Assembly: GCA_965601925.1 (NCBI GenBank)
Contig: OZ271854.1
Coordinates: 480,001 to 544,000, forward strand
Origin: Alkalispirochaeta sp.
Lineage (GTDB): Bacteria > Spirochaetota > Spirochaetia > DSM-27196 > Alkalispirochaetaceae
Length of the DNA stretch: 64,000 bases
Direction: 5' to 3'
The first letter of the stretch is position 1. Each line of letters opens with the position of its first letter. The notes under the pieces are model-generated. The model had not been told where the DNA came from. It searched no databases and saw only the letters and a list, made by a program, of their open reading frames with translations. Of this stretch, positions 1-9,661 are shown piece after piece. A program made the position numbers and the translations under genes.

Positions 1-1
1 T

Positions 2-664
2 CTCTTTACTGACGACGGCCAAAACGAATACGACGTCAGACGTCCCCATGAGGGTCGGTAGGTCTACGGGAGCGACGTCGTTATCCTCAATGAAAGACGC
101 GGGCAGCCACGGATCGTAGGCTTGCAGCGTGCACCGGAAGGGCGCCACGAGGCGCTGGAGATATCGCGCCAGGTTCCCATACCCGACGAACCCGATCGTT
201 TTGCCGAACAGCGTAAACGTCGTGCGATTTCCTTCGGCCAGATAGCGCTCTCTCCCGGCCTTGAACGCCGCATCGCCGACGGCGATCTCCCGCGCCGCAT
301 CCAGAGCCATAGCAAGGCCCATTTCTGCAACCTGCGGGGCGAACGCGGGTGCGCAGCTGAGAACGCGAATGTTTCGAGCAAAGGCGGAGCCGTAGTCGAA
401 CTGTACGGCGGTGGGATGCCGCCCCGATACCTCCATCACCGCTCGCAGTCGCGGAATCTCGGCAGGCGACGGGTAGCGCCAAGAACCGGTTACAATGACG
501 TCCAACTCATCTTTGTACCGCTCGAACTCCGACCGAGGCATCGGTTCGTCACGCACCCACACGACCTCGCCCAGGCTCGACAGGCGCGATAGATCGTCGT
601 TCCCGAATATCTCGGCGGTGCGACGCGGGCTCGGGTCCAAAAGGATTGTGGGTCGCTCGGGCAT
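2..664 (-). CDS. D-isomer-specific 2-hydroxyacid dehydrogenase (3' end runs off the window)
   Basis: Not in the ORF track. Manual translation from ATG at 664 (SD AAGGAGG) gives MPERPTILLDP...AFAPQVAEMGLAMAL...LFGKTIGFVGYGNLAR...AYDPW...SDVVFV, with a Rossmann motif and typical family segments. No stop before the window edge. Confidence 0.85.
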   Translation of the reverse strand, partial: MPERPTILLDPSPRRTAEIFGNDDLSRLSSLGEVVWVRDEPMPRSEFERYKDELDVIVTGSWRYPSPAEIPRLRAVMEVSGRHPTAVQFDYGSAFARNIRVLSCAPAFAPQVAEMGLAMALDAAREIAVGDAAFKAGRERYLAEGNRTTFTLFGKTIGFVGYGNLARYLQRLVAPFRCTLQAYDPWLPASFIEDNDVAPVDLPTLMGTSDVVFVLAVVSKE

Positions 665-810
665 ATCGGGCCTCCTTATGTTCGCTCCCGTTCGCAAAGA
701 TAGGGAAACACACCGCCTCAGTGTAATACGAGCGGGACGAAAACCGTGCACATCAAGTCAAACTACGGCCGGATCGGCGTCGGCCGAATACCGCCGGCGA
801 AGCCGACTCG

Positions 811-1893
811 TTACGACAGGCGCCCGACCGTGTGAACCAACTCGCGAGCCGTGCCCTCGTCCTCAACGCCCCGGACCACCATCAACAGACCGCGGCTGTC
901 AAGGTTCTTGACCAGCGTCTCTACCTCCCACGGCTCGCAGTAGATATAAAGCGCTTTACCGCCCTCCTGGATGCGCCGCATGACCTCCATCCAGTCGGAG
1001 ACCGCGCCGGCACCGGCTCCCTGGACCCATTGAATCGCGTTGATCTCCTCCACTGCCAAGAGCGTGTCCAGGTGCCGCACCATGTCGGGCCCGTCGAGAT
1101 GAAAGATAGATCGCGGAAAGGCCTCCGCTTGTTCCTTGACAAAGGGCAGGATGAACTCACGGAACATCTCGGGAGAGATGAGGCAGGAGAAGTCGGACTG
1201 TAGATCGGGGGCCGGAAGGGCGGACCAAAGTCCCATCCATGTGAAGTAGCCGCCGAAGGCATGAGCGATCTCGGTCGTTCCGCGCCACGCCGTGAACCAC
1301 GCCTCCTGCACCCTCCGTGCCGCCTCTTTTACCGCCTCCGGCGCCAACAAGAGGTCGAGACACATCTTTTCGGCGTTTCTAAGGCCCGCGAGCACCTCGG
1401 TGGGACCGTTGAGATCCGGGAGCCCCATGAAACACTCCAACTCGTAGCGTTCGATCGCCTCGGCGCACCGTTGCATGTTGCGCATCGTGATCCGCCACCA
1501 CTCGTTGTCGGGATTCCACGTCAGATCGGGCGCGTCGTCCCAGTCGGCAATGATCGGCTCCGACCATGTCGTGTTATCGTCTACGTAGACGTTGGGCGCC
1601 CCGAGGTACTTACACGTAATGGAGACGATTCTACCGGGTACGGGATACAAGACGGGAAAAGCCTCGCCGCCGAAATAGGTCGCGCCCATGGTATTCACAA
1701 TCCGCGGAATGATCACCTCCGGATCGGTCCAAAAAGAGTGAAGGTCGGTCGATGTAGCCGCGGGGACGCTGAACACCGGTACATCACGCGGCGCGGTGAC
1801 TTGGATCAACGCTCGATCGGCCTCGCGGTTGTCCCACCACGCTTCCACCCGCTCCTGTGCCTCGGAAATGTCGTCCTTGAAGCGCACCATCAT
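811..1893 (-). CDS. Uroporphyrinogen decarboxylase / cobalamin methyltransferase-like TIM-barrel protein
   Basis: 360 aa ORF with SD GGAGG. Motifs LRNAEKMCLDL, QSDFSCLISPEMFREFILP, IFHLDGP and IQWVQGAG are typical of URO-D superfamily proteins found in sugar clusters. Confidence 0.7.
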   Translation of the reverse strand: MMVRFKDDISEAQERVEAWWDNREADRALIQVTAPRDVPVFSVPAATSTDLHSFWTDPEVIIPRIVNTMGATYFGGEAFPVLYPVPGRIVSITCKYLGAPNVYVDDNTTWSEPIIADWDDAPDLTWNPDNEWWRITMRNMQRCAEAIERYELECFMGLPDLNGPTEVLAGLRNAEKMCLDLLLAPEAVKEAARRVQEAWFTAWRGTTEIAHAFGGYFTWMGLWSALPAPDLQSDFSCLISPEMFREFILPFVKEQAEAFPRSIFHLDGPDMVRHLDTLLAVEEINAIQWVQGAGAGAVSDWMEVMRRIQEGGKALYIYCEPWEVETLVKNLDSRGLLMVVRGVEDEGTARELVHTVGRLS

Positions 1894-1985
1894 TTACCTC
1901 CGATGTTTTCCTGATCGGCTATGGTAATGCATAAATGTGCTATATTCCTTGACGATAGGACCACATATCAGCACAAAATGACCTC

Positions 1986-2879
1986 GTGCGCCACTATTCT
2001 CTCGAGGGCAAGCTATCACCGACCGACGTTCCCCTCACCTATGGGCGCGCTCGCCTCGTCGACGGTGGATTTCCCGAGCATACTCACGACTACTGGGAGC
2101 TGGTGATCGTCCTCGCCGGCAGCGGTCTCCACACTGCAGAGGGGCACTCCTATCCGCTGCGCGCCGGCGACGTGTTCGTCATCAAGAAGGGGCAATGCCA
2201 CCGATTCAATGAATGCCGCGACTTGGAGATGGTCAACATCGGATTCGATCGAAGGATTGTGGGCGACCGCGGTATGGAAGAGATACCGGGTATGACCGCC
2301 CTGGTCGATACCGAGCCGGCGGTTCGCACGAGCGACGGATTCGCCGCCAAGCTGCACCTATCCCCGGTTCAGTTGGAGGAGATCGTCGACCTGCTGCGTA
2401 CGATCGAGCACGAGCGTTCGGAGCGTCGACCGGGATGCGGCGTCGTATTTCGCAGTGTGTTCGAACGGATGCTGGTGCTCTTGGCGCGGTGCTACTCCGC
2501 CGCGGACTTTCCCGCCGGACGCGAGCTTACGCGCCTTACCGCGTGCGCCTCACTGATAGAACGGAACTATTCGAGTCGCGTCGATATGGCCCGTCTGGCG
2601 ACGGAGCACGGGTATTCACATTCCCGGTTCAGACGGGAGTTTCGACGCGTGTTCGGTCTTACGCCGCTGCAATACCTCAGGCGACAACGTCTGGATAAGG
2701 CGACCGAGCTCCTACGCACCACGGAGCGTACCGTGTCGGAGATCGGCTATGCGTGCGGATTCGAGGATAGTAACTACTTTTCGCGGGTGTTCCGCAAGGA
2801 GATGGGGAGCGCCCCTCGCAACTACCGCAAGGGGCGTTCGGCGGTTGGGCCGAGGGTTATCGAGACGACGCGACCTTAG
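1986..2879 (+). CDS. AraC-family transcriptional regulator (RhaR/RhaS-like)
   Basis: Cupin sensor HTHDYWELVIV and C-terminal HTH EIGYACGFEDSNYFSRVFRKEMG. Confidence 0.9.
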   Translation: MRHYSLEGKLSPTDVPLTYGRARLVDGGFPEHTHDYWELVIVLAGSGLHTAEGHSYPLRAGDVFVIKKGQCHRFNECRDLEMVNIGFDRRIVGDRGMEEIPGMTALVDTEPAVRTSDGFAAKLHLSPVQLEEIVDLLRTIEHERSERRPGCGVVFRSVFERMLVLLARCYSAADFPAGRELTRLTACASLIERNYSSRVDMARLATEHGYSHSRFRREFRRVFGLTPLQYLRRQRLDKATELLRTTERTVSEIGYACGFEDSNYFSRVFRKEMGSAPRNYRKGRSAVGPRVIETTRP

Positions 2880-3523
2880 TTCGCCAGAAGCGCTCGCGCG
2901 GTATCCGCCATGCTCTTGAGCATTAGATAACAACTCGTCGCGCCGGCGTCCAGAACACCCTTTGAGCGTTCGCCGAGCCTCGATGCACGGCCGATCTTGG
3001 CGACCATATCCTCGGTGGATCGCCACCCCGTCTGGGCCGCCGTCGTCATAGCCTCAAGGGCCTCGGAAAAGGACCGCCCTTCGTCCACGGCGCGGCGCAT
3101 CGCCGCGGCGGCGGGGTCTAAGGTATCGACCAGCGTCTTGTCGCCCGGCTTGGCATCTCCCAGTTCCCGAATGGCCTCGTACGCAGCCTCGAGCATCGTT
3201 GCAAAAACCTCGGCGGTAATCGCCTCCGCTCCTTTGCTCACCTTGGCCATCGCCTTAAAGAACTGACCGTATAGTGGCCCCATCGAGCCGCCGATATCCA
3301 TAAGCAACGTTCGCCCCAGCGTCCTGAGGGCGTCACTCATCGACATGCTTCCCTCCAGACGCTCAGAGGTCATCTGGAAACCCTTGTCCATATTGATGCC
3401 GTGGTCTCCGTCGCCGATCTTCCCGTCGATCTCGCTCAAATACGCTCGATTCTCGCCGATCGTACGAATCAATCCGTCGACGATGACGCGTCCCGCTCCA
3501 TTATCGAATGATTCAGCACCCAT
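2876..3523 (-). CDS. dhaL: Dihydroxyacetone kinase family, ADP-binding subunit L
   Basis: Motifs LSEIDGKIGDGDHGINM, GGSMGPLYG, GDKTLVD and GRASRLGERSKGVLDAGA. Start set at ATG 3523 (SD AGGAG). Confidence 0.92.
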   Translation of the reverse strand: MGAESFDNGAGRVIVDGLIRTIGENRAYLSEIDGKIGDGDHGINMDKGFQMTSERLEGSMSMSDALRTLGRTLLMDIGGSMGPLYGQFFKAMAKVSKGAEAITAEVFATMLEAAYEAIRELGDAKPGDKTLVDTLDPAAAAMRRAVDEGRSFSEALEAMTTAAQTGWRSTEDMVAKIGRASRLGERSKGVLDAGATSCYLMLKSMADTARALLAN

Positions 3524-3534
3524 CGTCGCCGCTC

Positions 3535-4539
3535 CTACACACCCCATTGCCGGAGGCCCATGGAATAGGCGTCCAGATCGATGAGCTCCTTCAGCTCTTC
3601 ATCGAGCTTCATTACGGTGAGGGTGATGCCCATCATCTCCAAACTGGTGAAGTAGTTTCCCACGTACGGCCGATAGACGCCGATGTTCTTCTCTTCCAGA
3701 ACTTCCGCGATACGATTGTAGAAGATGTACTGCTCCATTACCGGCGTAGCGCCCAGTCCGCTCACCAACACGACGACCTCGTCGCCGGCGCCGAAGGGAA
3801 GATCGGGCAGGACGATATCGAGACACATCTCGGCCATTTTGTCCGCGGGTTGCAGATCCTGCACCGTAATCCCCGGTTCGCCGTGGTGGCCGATACCGAC
3901 CTCCATGGTGCCGGGCTCGATGGAGAAGTTGGGCTTACCCACCGCGGGGATGGTGCACGGGGTGAGTCCGATACCGACGCTCCGGGTGTTGTCGATCGCC
4001 TTTTGCGCCGCAGCGATGACCTCGTCCAAGGTACCGCCGAGGGCCGCTTTTGCGCCGCCGACCTTCCACATGAGCACCTCGCCGGCGACGCCGCGGCGTT
4101 TCTCCCGCTCGTCGCGCGGGGCGCTCGGCACGTCGTCGTTGGCCAACACCGTCTTTACCACGATGTCGTCCTCCTCCGCCTCCTCGACCGCCATTTTCAC
4201 GTTCATGACGTCGCCGGCGTAGTTCCCATAGAGCACCGCGACCCCCTTTCCGGCATCGGCGGCGCGTATGGCGTCGTAGAACGCCTTCGCAGTGGGCGAA
4301 CTGAACACTTCTCCCACCGCGACGGCGTCCACGAGGTTTTTTCCGACGTATCCGATGAACGCCGGTTTGTGTCCGCTCCCGCCGCCGGTAATGACGCCGA
4401 CCTTGCCTTCAATCGGGGCGTCTTTGAACTTGACGACCCGCGGGTTGTCGGTGGCCGAGACGATATCGCCGTGGGTCCTGAAGAACCCCTTCAGCATATC
4501 CTCCACGACGTTGTCGGGGTTATTGATAATTCGTTGCAT
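3535..4539 (-). CDS. dhaK: Dihydroxyacetone kinase family, substrate-binding subunit K
   Basis: Motifs GGGSGHKPAF, GEVFSSP, NYAGDVMN, RRGVAG and GIGHHGEPG. Confidence 0.92.
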   Translation of the reverse strand: MQRIINNPDNVVEDMLKGFFRTHGDIVSATDNPRVVKFKDAPIEGKVGVITGGGSGHKPAFIGYVGKNLVDAVAVGEVFSSPTAKAFYDAIRAADAGKGVAVLYGNYAGDVMNVKMAVEEAEEDDIVVKTVLANDDVPSAPRDEREKRRGVAGEVLMWKVGGAKAALGGTLDEVIAAAQKAIDNTRSVGIGLTPCTIPAVGKPNFSIEPGTMEVGIGHHGEPGITVQDLQPADKMAEMCLDIVLPDLPFGAGDEVVVLVSGLGATPVMEQYIFYNRIAEVLEEKNIGVYRPYVGNYFTSLEMMGITLTVMKLDEELKELIDLDAYSMGLRQWGV

Positions 4540-4617
4540 AGCGATCTCCCTGACGCAAACGTGATAATGCCGCGGAGCGATGAACGCCCCGCGGCCGAGA
4601 AGAATCCTATCGCCCCG

Positions 4618-5568
4618 TTAGTTGGAAGCGGTGTAGATGTCTTCAAAATCCTGCATGTAATCGACCGCCTCACTCCACGGCAGATGGTGCCCGGTGAGGA
4701 GGAAGCGATTCAAATACCCGTCCCGCCACTCCTCGGTTTGCGCGACCCGCGCGAACACTTCGGACCAGAACTCGACGGCCTCCTGAGGCATATCGCGCGG
4801 ACCGACGATGCCGCGATACACAGTGAGCTCGACATCGTAGCCGAGTTCTCTGAACGTCGGCGCCACGAACGGCTCACCGAACCGGTCGCGTGTCGCCGCG
4901 ATAAGCGGTCTCAACTCGCCTGCCGCCACCAGATCGAACGACGCCGCCGGCTTGGCGATCACGACATCGATGTTGCCGCCGAGGATCTGTATCAGTGCGT
5001 CGCCGGTCGAGTCGTTGATCAGATACTCCAAATCCCCGCCGACCTCGGCCTCGATGGTCTCGTACAAGTTGACGTCGTCTCCCTTGGAACCGCCCATAAT
5101 CACTCGTTGCCCACTGTCGAGCGCGTCGATGAAATCCTGAGCCGTCTGGAACGGCGAATCCGACCGTACGAGCAAGATTTGTCCGTCGGTCGCCATGACC
5201 GCCAACGGCGTGAAGTTATCGAGGTCGCCGTTTTCCAACTGCACGTGAGGCTGGAGGTCGCCGTTGTTGAAGGTGAGCAACGTGTGTCCGCGCGAGTTCG
5301 TACCGCTCACTTCGCGACGTCCGACCGCTCCACCGCCGTCGGTCTTGTAGTTGATGATGATATCCTCGTCGACCAGTCCTTCGGAGTTGATGATCTCAAT
5401 GATCGTCTGTGTGAAGATCGAGGATCCGCCGCCGGGACTCGATGTCACGAACCACTCCACCGATCGGTCGGGCCGCCACGGTCCGTCGGACTCTCCCTGG
5501 CCCTCGGCAAAGATCAACCCCGCACTCGTCAACAGAACGAGCATACTAATAAGAACCAAACGTCTCAT
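4618..5568 (-). CDS. tctC: Tripartite tricarboxylate transporter substrate-binding protein
   Basis: Signal peptide MRRLVLISMLVLL, then WRPDRSVEWFVTSSPGGGS and NYKTDGGGAVG. Its ATG overlaps the tctA stop (ATGA). Confidence 0.85.
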   Translation of the reverse strand: MRRLVLISMLVLLTSAGLIFAEGQGESDGPWRPDRSVEWFVTSSPGGGSSIFTQTIIEIINSEGLVDEDIIINYKTDGGGAVGRREVSGTNSRGHTLLTFNNGDLQPHVQLENGDLDNFTPLAVMATDGQILLVRSDSPFQTAQDFIDALDSGQRVIMGGSKGDDVNLYETIEAEVGGDLEYLINDSTGDALIQILGGNIDVVIAKPAASFDLVAAGELRPLIAATRDRFGEPFVAPTFRELGYDVELTVYRGIVGPRDMPQEAVEFWSEVFARVAQTEEWRDGYLNRFLLTGHHLPWSEAVDYMQDFEDIYTASN

Positions 5569-7082
5569 ACACTTTCCCCTTTCGTTTTGGTTTTGAGTTT
5601 TCCTATGACACTTCGAATGATTGGTGAAAGAATCGTGATACACAAAAAGACGATGAGCACCGCGGCGATCGGGCGCTGGAAGAATATCAATACGCTTCCA
5701 TCGGAGATCTGCAGGGCTTGGCGAAAACTGCGCTCCAGAGTCGGCGCAAGCACGAAGGCCAACAGGAGCGGAGCAATCGGATAGCCGTGTTTCTTAAGGA
5801 GAAACCCGACGATACCCGCAATGAGCATGATGATGATTCCATACAGCGAATTATTGGCGCTGTAGCTCCCCATAACGCAGATCGTAGTGATGACCGGTAT
5901 CATGACCCGAACCGGCACCTTCAAGATCTGGATCAGCCACGGAATGATCATGAGCGCGACGATGAGCGTCACGATGTTGGCGACGTACAGCGACGCGATC
6001 AGCCCCCAGGTAAACTCGGGCTGATTCTGAAAGAGTAGCGGACCCGGGTTGAGTCCGTACATGAGAAGTCCGCCGAGCAACACTGCGCCGGTTCCCGATC
6101 CGGGTATTCCGAGTGAGAGGAGCGGGGCGAATGCACCGGCGGCGGCGGAGTTGTTTCCCGCTTCGGCCGCGGCGACCCCCTCGATCCGCCCCGTACCTAA
6201 AAGGTGGCCCTGCTTGCCGAGGCGTTTCTCCTGCATGTAACTCAAAAACGCGCCGGTCGTCGCACCGGCGCCCGGCAGCACCCCGATGATCGTTCCGAGA
6301 AAGCTCGAACGGACGGCGGGCGGCAAAATCCTTCGTACTTCGTCCTTCGATAACAGACTTTCGCGGAGGGTGAGCTTTTTGGTATCGAAGTCGCGCGGTT
6401 TGTTACGCAGCTCCATCATCTCGAGCACTTGTGAGAATCCGAATATGCCGATCACCAGCGGTATGAACGGTATACCGCCCAAGAGGTAGATCGAGCCGAA
6501 ATCGTAGCGCGGCGTCCCCACTACCGCATCGAACCCGATCGTCGCCAGAATAATGCCCAGAAGGGTCGACACGATGCCCTTCGCCGGATTGTCTCCCAAC
6601 AGCCACCCGAGAGACGTCATGGCGACCATCAGGAGCGCGGCCATCTCGACGGGACCGAACCGCAGCCCGAAGCGCGCGAGACCGGGACCGATGGCGGTCA
6701 GGATGACGATGCCGATCGTTCCGCCGATAAAGGAGGCTATGTTGGACGTGAACAGGGCCGTTCCCGGCTTTCCCTTTTGGGCCAACGGATAGCCGTCGAG
6801 CCCCGTCATGACCGCCGGTGTATCCCCGGGAATATTGATGAGTATTGCGCTGTATGATCCGCCGTACATGTTGGCGTAGTAGATCGCCGAGAGCATGATC
6901 ATGCCCGTGATCGGATTGAACTGGAACGTCAACGGTAGCAGAAGCGCGACACCGGCAAGCGACCCGATGCCGGGCATCGCGCCGACGAGAATTCCCAATA
7001 TTGCACCGGCTGCGGCCGCAAAAAAGTTCTGAAACGAAAGAGCGACGGCGAATCCGCCGAAGAGCAGTTGTAACGTTTCCAT
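5565..7082 (-). CDS. tctA: Tripartite tricarboxylate transporter large permease
   Basis: Motifs GAMPGIG, YGGSYSAILINIPG, DGYPLA, EGVAAAEAGNN and PLLSLGIPGS. Confidence 0.95.
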   Translation of the reverse strand: METLQLLFGGFAVALSFQNFFAAAAGAILGILVGAMPGIGSLAGVALLLPLTFQFNPITGMIMLSAIYYANMYGGSYSAILINIPGDTPAVMTGLDGYPLAQKGKPGTALFTSNIASFIGGTIGIVILTAIGPGLARFGLRFGPVEMAALLMVAMTSLGWLLGDNPAKGIVSTLLGIILATIGFDAVVGTPRYDFGSIYLLGGIPFIPLVIGIFGFSQVLEMMELRNKPRDFDTKKLTLRESLLSKDEVRRILPPAVRSSFLGTIIGVLPGAGATTGAFLSYMQEKRLGKQGHLLGTGRIEGVAAAEAGNNSAAAGAFAPLLSLGIPGSGTGAVLLGGLLMYGLNPGPLLFQNQPEFTWGLIASLYVANIVTLIVALMIIPWLIQILKVPVRVMIPVITTICVMGSYSANNSLYGIIIMLIAGIVGFLLKKHGYPIAPLLLAFVLAPTLERSFRQALQISDGSVLIFFQRPIAAVLIVFLCITILSPIIRSVIGKLKTKTKGESV

Positions 7083-7084
7083 CG

Positions 7085-7534
7085 CTACCGACCTATGGCC
7101 TCGAGAATCGCACCTTGAGGGAACGGCACGCGTAGCCAGATGGAGAACACCGCGTACATCGACGCGATCGTAATGGCGGTTATGAGCGCGGCGAAACGCC
7201 CGGTATATTTCTCATACCACTTGAGCCAACTGAAGACGTACACCGTCAAGGCGGGGAAAAAGCCGACTAAGAGTACCAGCAGGACAATCGCTACGACCGC
7301 CGCAATCGGAAAGAAGTGAGATGGAAAGAATGCGGGAGACGTTCCTTTGAGCTCTCCCCACACCGTGATAACACTAACCAGTACGAGCACGCCCCCGACG
7401 AAGGAGGGGAAAAACCCGCTTCCCGGTCGACCGTCAGTCCACCATCCGTGGTAGGCGATACCGACTATGACCCACACGAGCCCGATACAAGCCGTAATCG
7501 CCGGTAGGAACACTTTGGAGTTAAGGTGCGTCAC
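7085..7534 (-). CDS. tctB: Tripartite tricarboxylate transporter small permease
   Basis: Small multi-TM protein with PGSGFFP and a C-terminal LRVPFPQG. GTG start preceded by SD GGAGG. Confidence 0.85.
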   Translation of the reverse strand: MTHLNSKVFLPAITACIGLVWVIVGIAYHGWWTDGRPGSGFFPSFVGGVLVLVSVITVWGELKGTSPAFFPSHFFPIAAVVAIVLLVLLVGFFPALTVYVFSWLKWYEKYTGRFAALITAITIASMYAVFSIWLRVPFPQGAILEAIGR

Positions 7535-7552
7535 TCGACCTCCTTTTCGTAT

Positions 7553-7580
7553 ATGGTATACCATTACAAACACCTGTCAA
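7553..7580 (-). promoter_or_regulatory. sigma70-type promoter of tctBAC-dhaKL overlapping a GntR-type operator ATGGTATACCAT
   Basis: Minus-strand TTGACA (7580-7575), 16-nt spacer, TACCAT. The -10 lies inside the perfect palindrome at 7553-7564. Confidence 0.6.
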
Positions 7581-7720
7581 GAGAAAAAGGGTACCAAACC
7601 GCTCTTAGAACCGATAACAACAATGCAATGCTTCGCACAAGGCGCCTCTTTGCCGAAAATAGTGCTATAAATACCATTACATACACCGAAAGTACCATTC
7701 ATGTGATGCGCATGGAAAAA

Positions 7721-7748
7721 TTGACAGGTGTTACCGTCCGACTATAGT
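7721..7748 (+). promoter_or_regulatory. sigma70-type promoter of the cupin gene
   Basis: TTGACA-16 nt-TATAGT upstream of SD AAGGAG and ATG 7780. Confidence 0.6.
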
Positions 7749-7779
7749 ATATGATATACAATAATGAAAGGAGCACACT

Positions 7780-8160
7780 ATGCATATTATCCATGAAGAT
7801 GATGTTCACGGCGATCACATCGAGGCGCCCTTCAAGCGCGTTATTAAGCACCTTTCGTCGCCGTGGACGTTAGGGAGCAAGAATCTGTGGGTCGGCACCT
7901 CAACGGTGGAGCCCGGCAACAAGACCAATGCCCACTCCCACGACGTCAACGAGGAGGTATTCTACTGTGTCAGCGGAACGGGCATTATGATCGTGGACGA
8001 GGAGGAGCGGGAATACACCGCCGGATCGGTCGTCTACGTCCCGCCGGGCTGCGTGCATCAAGTAGTCAACACCGGTGACGTGCCCCTCAAGTCGGTCTGT
8101 GCGGTCTCGCCGCCCTTCGAGCAGCAACAGTTTCGCGATGACCACGACATGGAGAGCTGA
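7780..8160 (+). CDS. Cupin-domain protein
   Basis: Cupin_2 motifs AHSHDVNEEVFYCVSGTG and YVPPGCVHQVVNTG. Confidence 0.9.
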   Translation: MHIIHEDDVHGDHIEAPFKRVIKHLSSPWTLGSKNLWVGTSTVEPGNKTNAHSHDVNEEVFYCVSGTGIMIVDEEEREYTAGSVVYVPPGCVHQVVNTGDVPLKSVCAVSPPFEQQQFRDDHDMES

Positions 8161-8203
8161 TCGCGACGCTCGGTAACACCGGCCGGATCGACGGCCGCGA
8201 CGG

Positions 8204-8626
8204 TCACCGATGCTCGTCGCCGTATACCGCGCCATCTATCCGGCTGTCGGCCACACGTTGGGCCAACTGCAGCAGGTTGCCCTCGGGGTCGCGAAAAAAC
8301 GCCACCCTGCTCCCTTCGTAGACCGTAAAGATCTCCCGTTCCAGAACGACGCCGCGCTCCCGCAACCCACGTTCGGCCGCCTCGATATCGCGCACGGAAA
8401 AACAGACGTGGACGTGATCATTCGGCGCGGCCGCCGACTCTCCGGCGGGAACCAACTCCAGGAGCGCACCGCCGCCGAAACGCAGAAAAATGACCGCCGG
8501 TGTGTCCGTACCCCGCGACACCTCTACCGCTCCGAACGTTTCGCCGTACCACGCCGCAAGCGCTTCGGGATCTCGGGCGAGTACGCCGACGTGCTCTACT
8601 CCGTATACGCCGATCGGTGCGCTCAT
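8204..8626 (-). CDS. VOC/glyoxalase family protein
   Basis: Motifs EHVGVLARD, HVHVCFSVRDIE and FFRDPEGNLLQL. ATG overlaps the pdxA stop. Confidence 0.88.
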   Translation of the reverse strand: MSAPIGVYGVEHVGVLARDPEALAAWYGETFGAVEVSRGTDTPAVIFLRFGGGALLELVPAGESAAAPNDHVHVCFSVRDIEAAERGLRERGVVLEREIFTVYEGSRVAFFRDPEGNLLQLAQRVADSRIDGAVYGDEHR

Positions 8627-9648
8627 GCGGCACCCCGTCGCACCATCTCCGAAACCACGGAGACGGCGTTTTTCAACGCCTGATGGTTCGCCTTCCCGGT
8701 ACCTTTTAGATCGAAGGCGGTCCCGTGGGCCGCAGTAGCGATCGGGACTGCCATCCCGGGGTGAAACGTGACGCCGCGCTCCAGTCCGATCAACTTGGTG
8801 GCGATCTGGAGTTGATCGTGATACATACCGACCACTCCGGTGTAGTCGCCCTTCAGTACCCGTGGGAAGAGGGTGTCTGCGGGCAGCGGGCCTTCGATGT
8901 GCCACCGGCGGTGCTTCTGAGCGACCCGCTCGATCGCCGGTGCGATCAGGCGCCCCTCCTCGTCGCCGAACATGCCGTGCTCGCCGGCGTGGGGGTTGAG
9001 GGCGGCAACGGCGAGGCGCGGCGTAATACCGGCGGTATCCTGCGCCTCACCCAGGAGGGTGATCGTCCGGGATATCCGCTCAACGCTGAGAGTTCGAGCG
9101 ATGTCGGCAACGGGTATATGGGAGGTCACCCGCGCGAGCCACATACCGTCCAGTACATTGAACTCTCCGGTGATGTCCGGTCGACCGAACTGCTCTTTGA
9201 AGAGCTCCAACTCCGAGTAGTGCTCGCAGCCGGCGAGATGCATCGACTCTTTGTTAAACGGGGCAAAGACAATCCCGTCAACCTTGCCGTCCTTGGCGAA
9301 ACCGATCGACTGCATCAGAGACGCCAGAACCTCGCGCCCCGCCGCCTCGCTCACCTCGCGCCGCGGGATGGACGGCGTATCCTCGGTTCGATAGTCCCAA
9401 AACAGAACCGATTCGTCGGACGCATCCACCTCGTCGAAAGACGAAACGGTGGGAAGCTCGACCGGCCTCTTCGTCGCCTCGCCCGCCTCCCGAAGAACGC
9501 GGCCGTCACCGGTGAGAACGACTTGCACACCGGAAGCGACATCCGCCAACTCGTGCGCCACTTTGACGCATAACTCGGGACCGACGCCGGCGGTATCGCC
9601 GAACAGTAGTTGTATTCTCGGTCTCAACGCTTTCTCCTTTTGACGCAC
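8623..9648 (-). CDS. pdxA: PdxA-family oxidative decarboxylase (divergent, catabolic)
   Basis: Motifs GDTAGVGPE, APFNKE, VTSHIP, ALNPHAGEHG, GPLPADT, MYHDQ and HGTAFD. Confidence 0.88.
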   Translation of the reverse strand: MRQKEKALRPRIQLLFGDTAGVGPELCVKVAHELADVASGVQVVLTGDGRVLREAGEATKRPVELPTVSSFDEVDASDESVLFWDYRTEDTPSIPRREVSEAAGREVLASLMQSIGFAKDGKVDGIVFAPFNKESMHLAGCEHYSELELFKEQFGRPDITGEFNVLDGMWLARVTSHIPVADIARTLSVERISRTITLLGEAQDTAGITPRLAVAALNPHAGEHGMFGDEEGRLIAPAIERVAQKHRRWHIEGPLPADTLFPRVLKGDYTGVVGMYHDQLQIATKLIGLERGVTFHPGMAVPIATAAHGTAFDLKGTGKANHQALKNAVSVVSEMVRRGAA

Positions 9649-9661
9649 GTAACCGACCGCG

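Noticed and set aside
3508..5784. 758-aa plus-strand ORF and other long antisense ORFs (e.g. 22245-23921, 52274-53332)
   Set aside because: Shadow ORFs opposite well-supported genes in GC-rich DNA, with no recognisable motifs.
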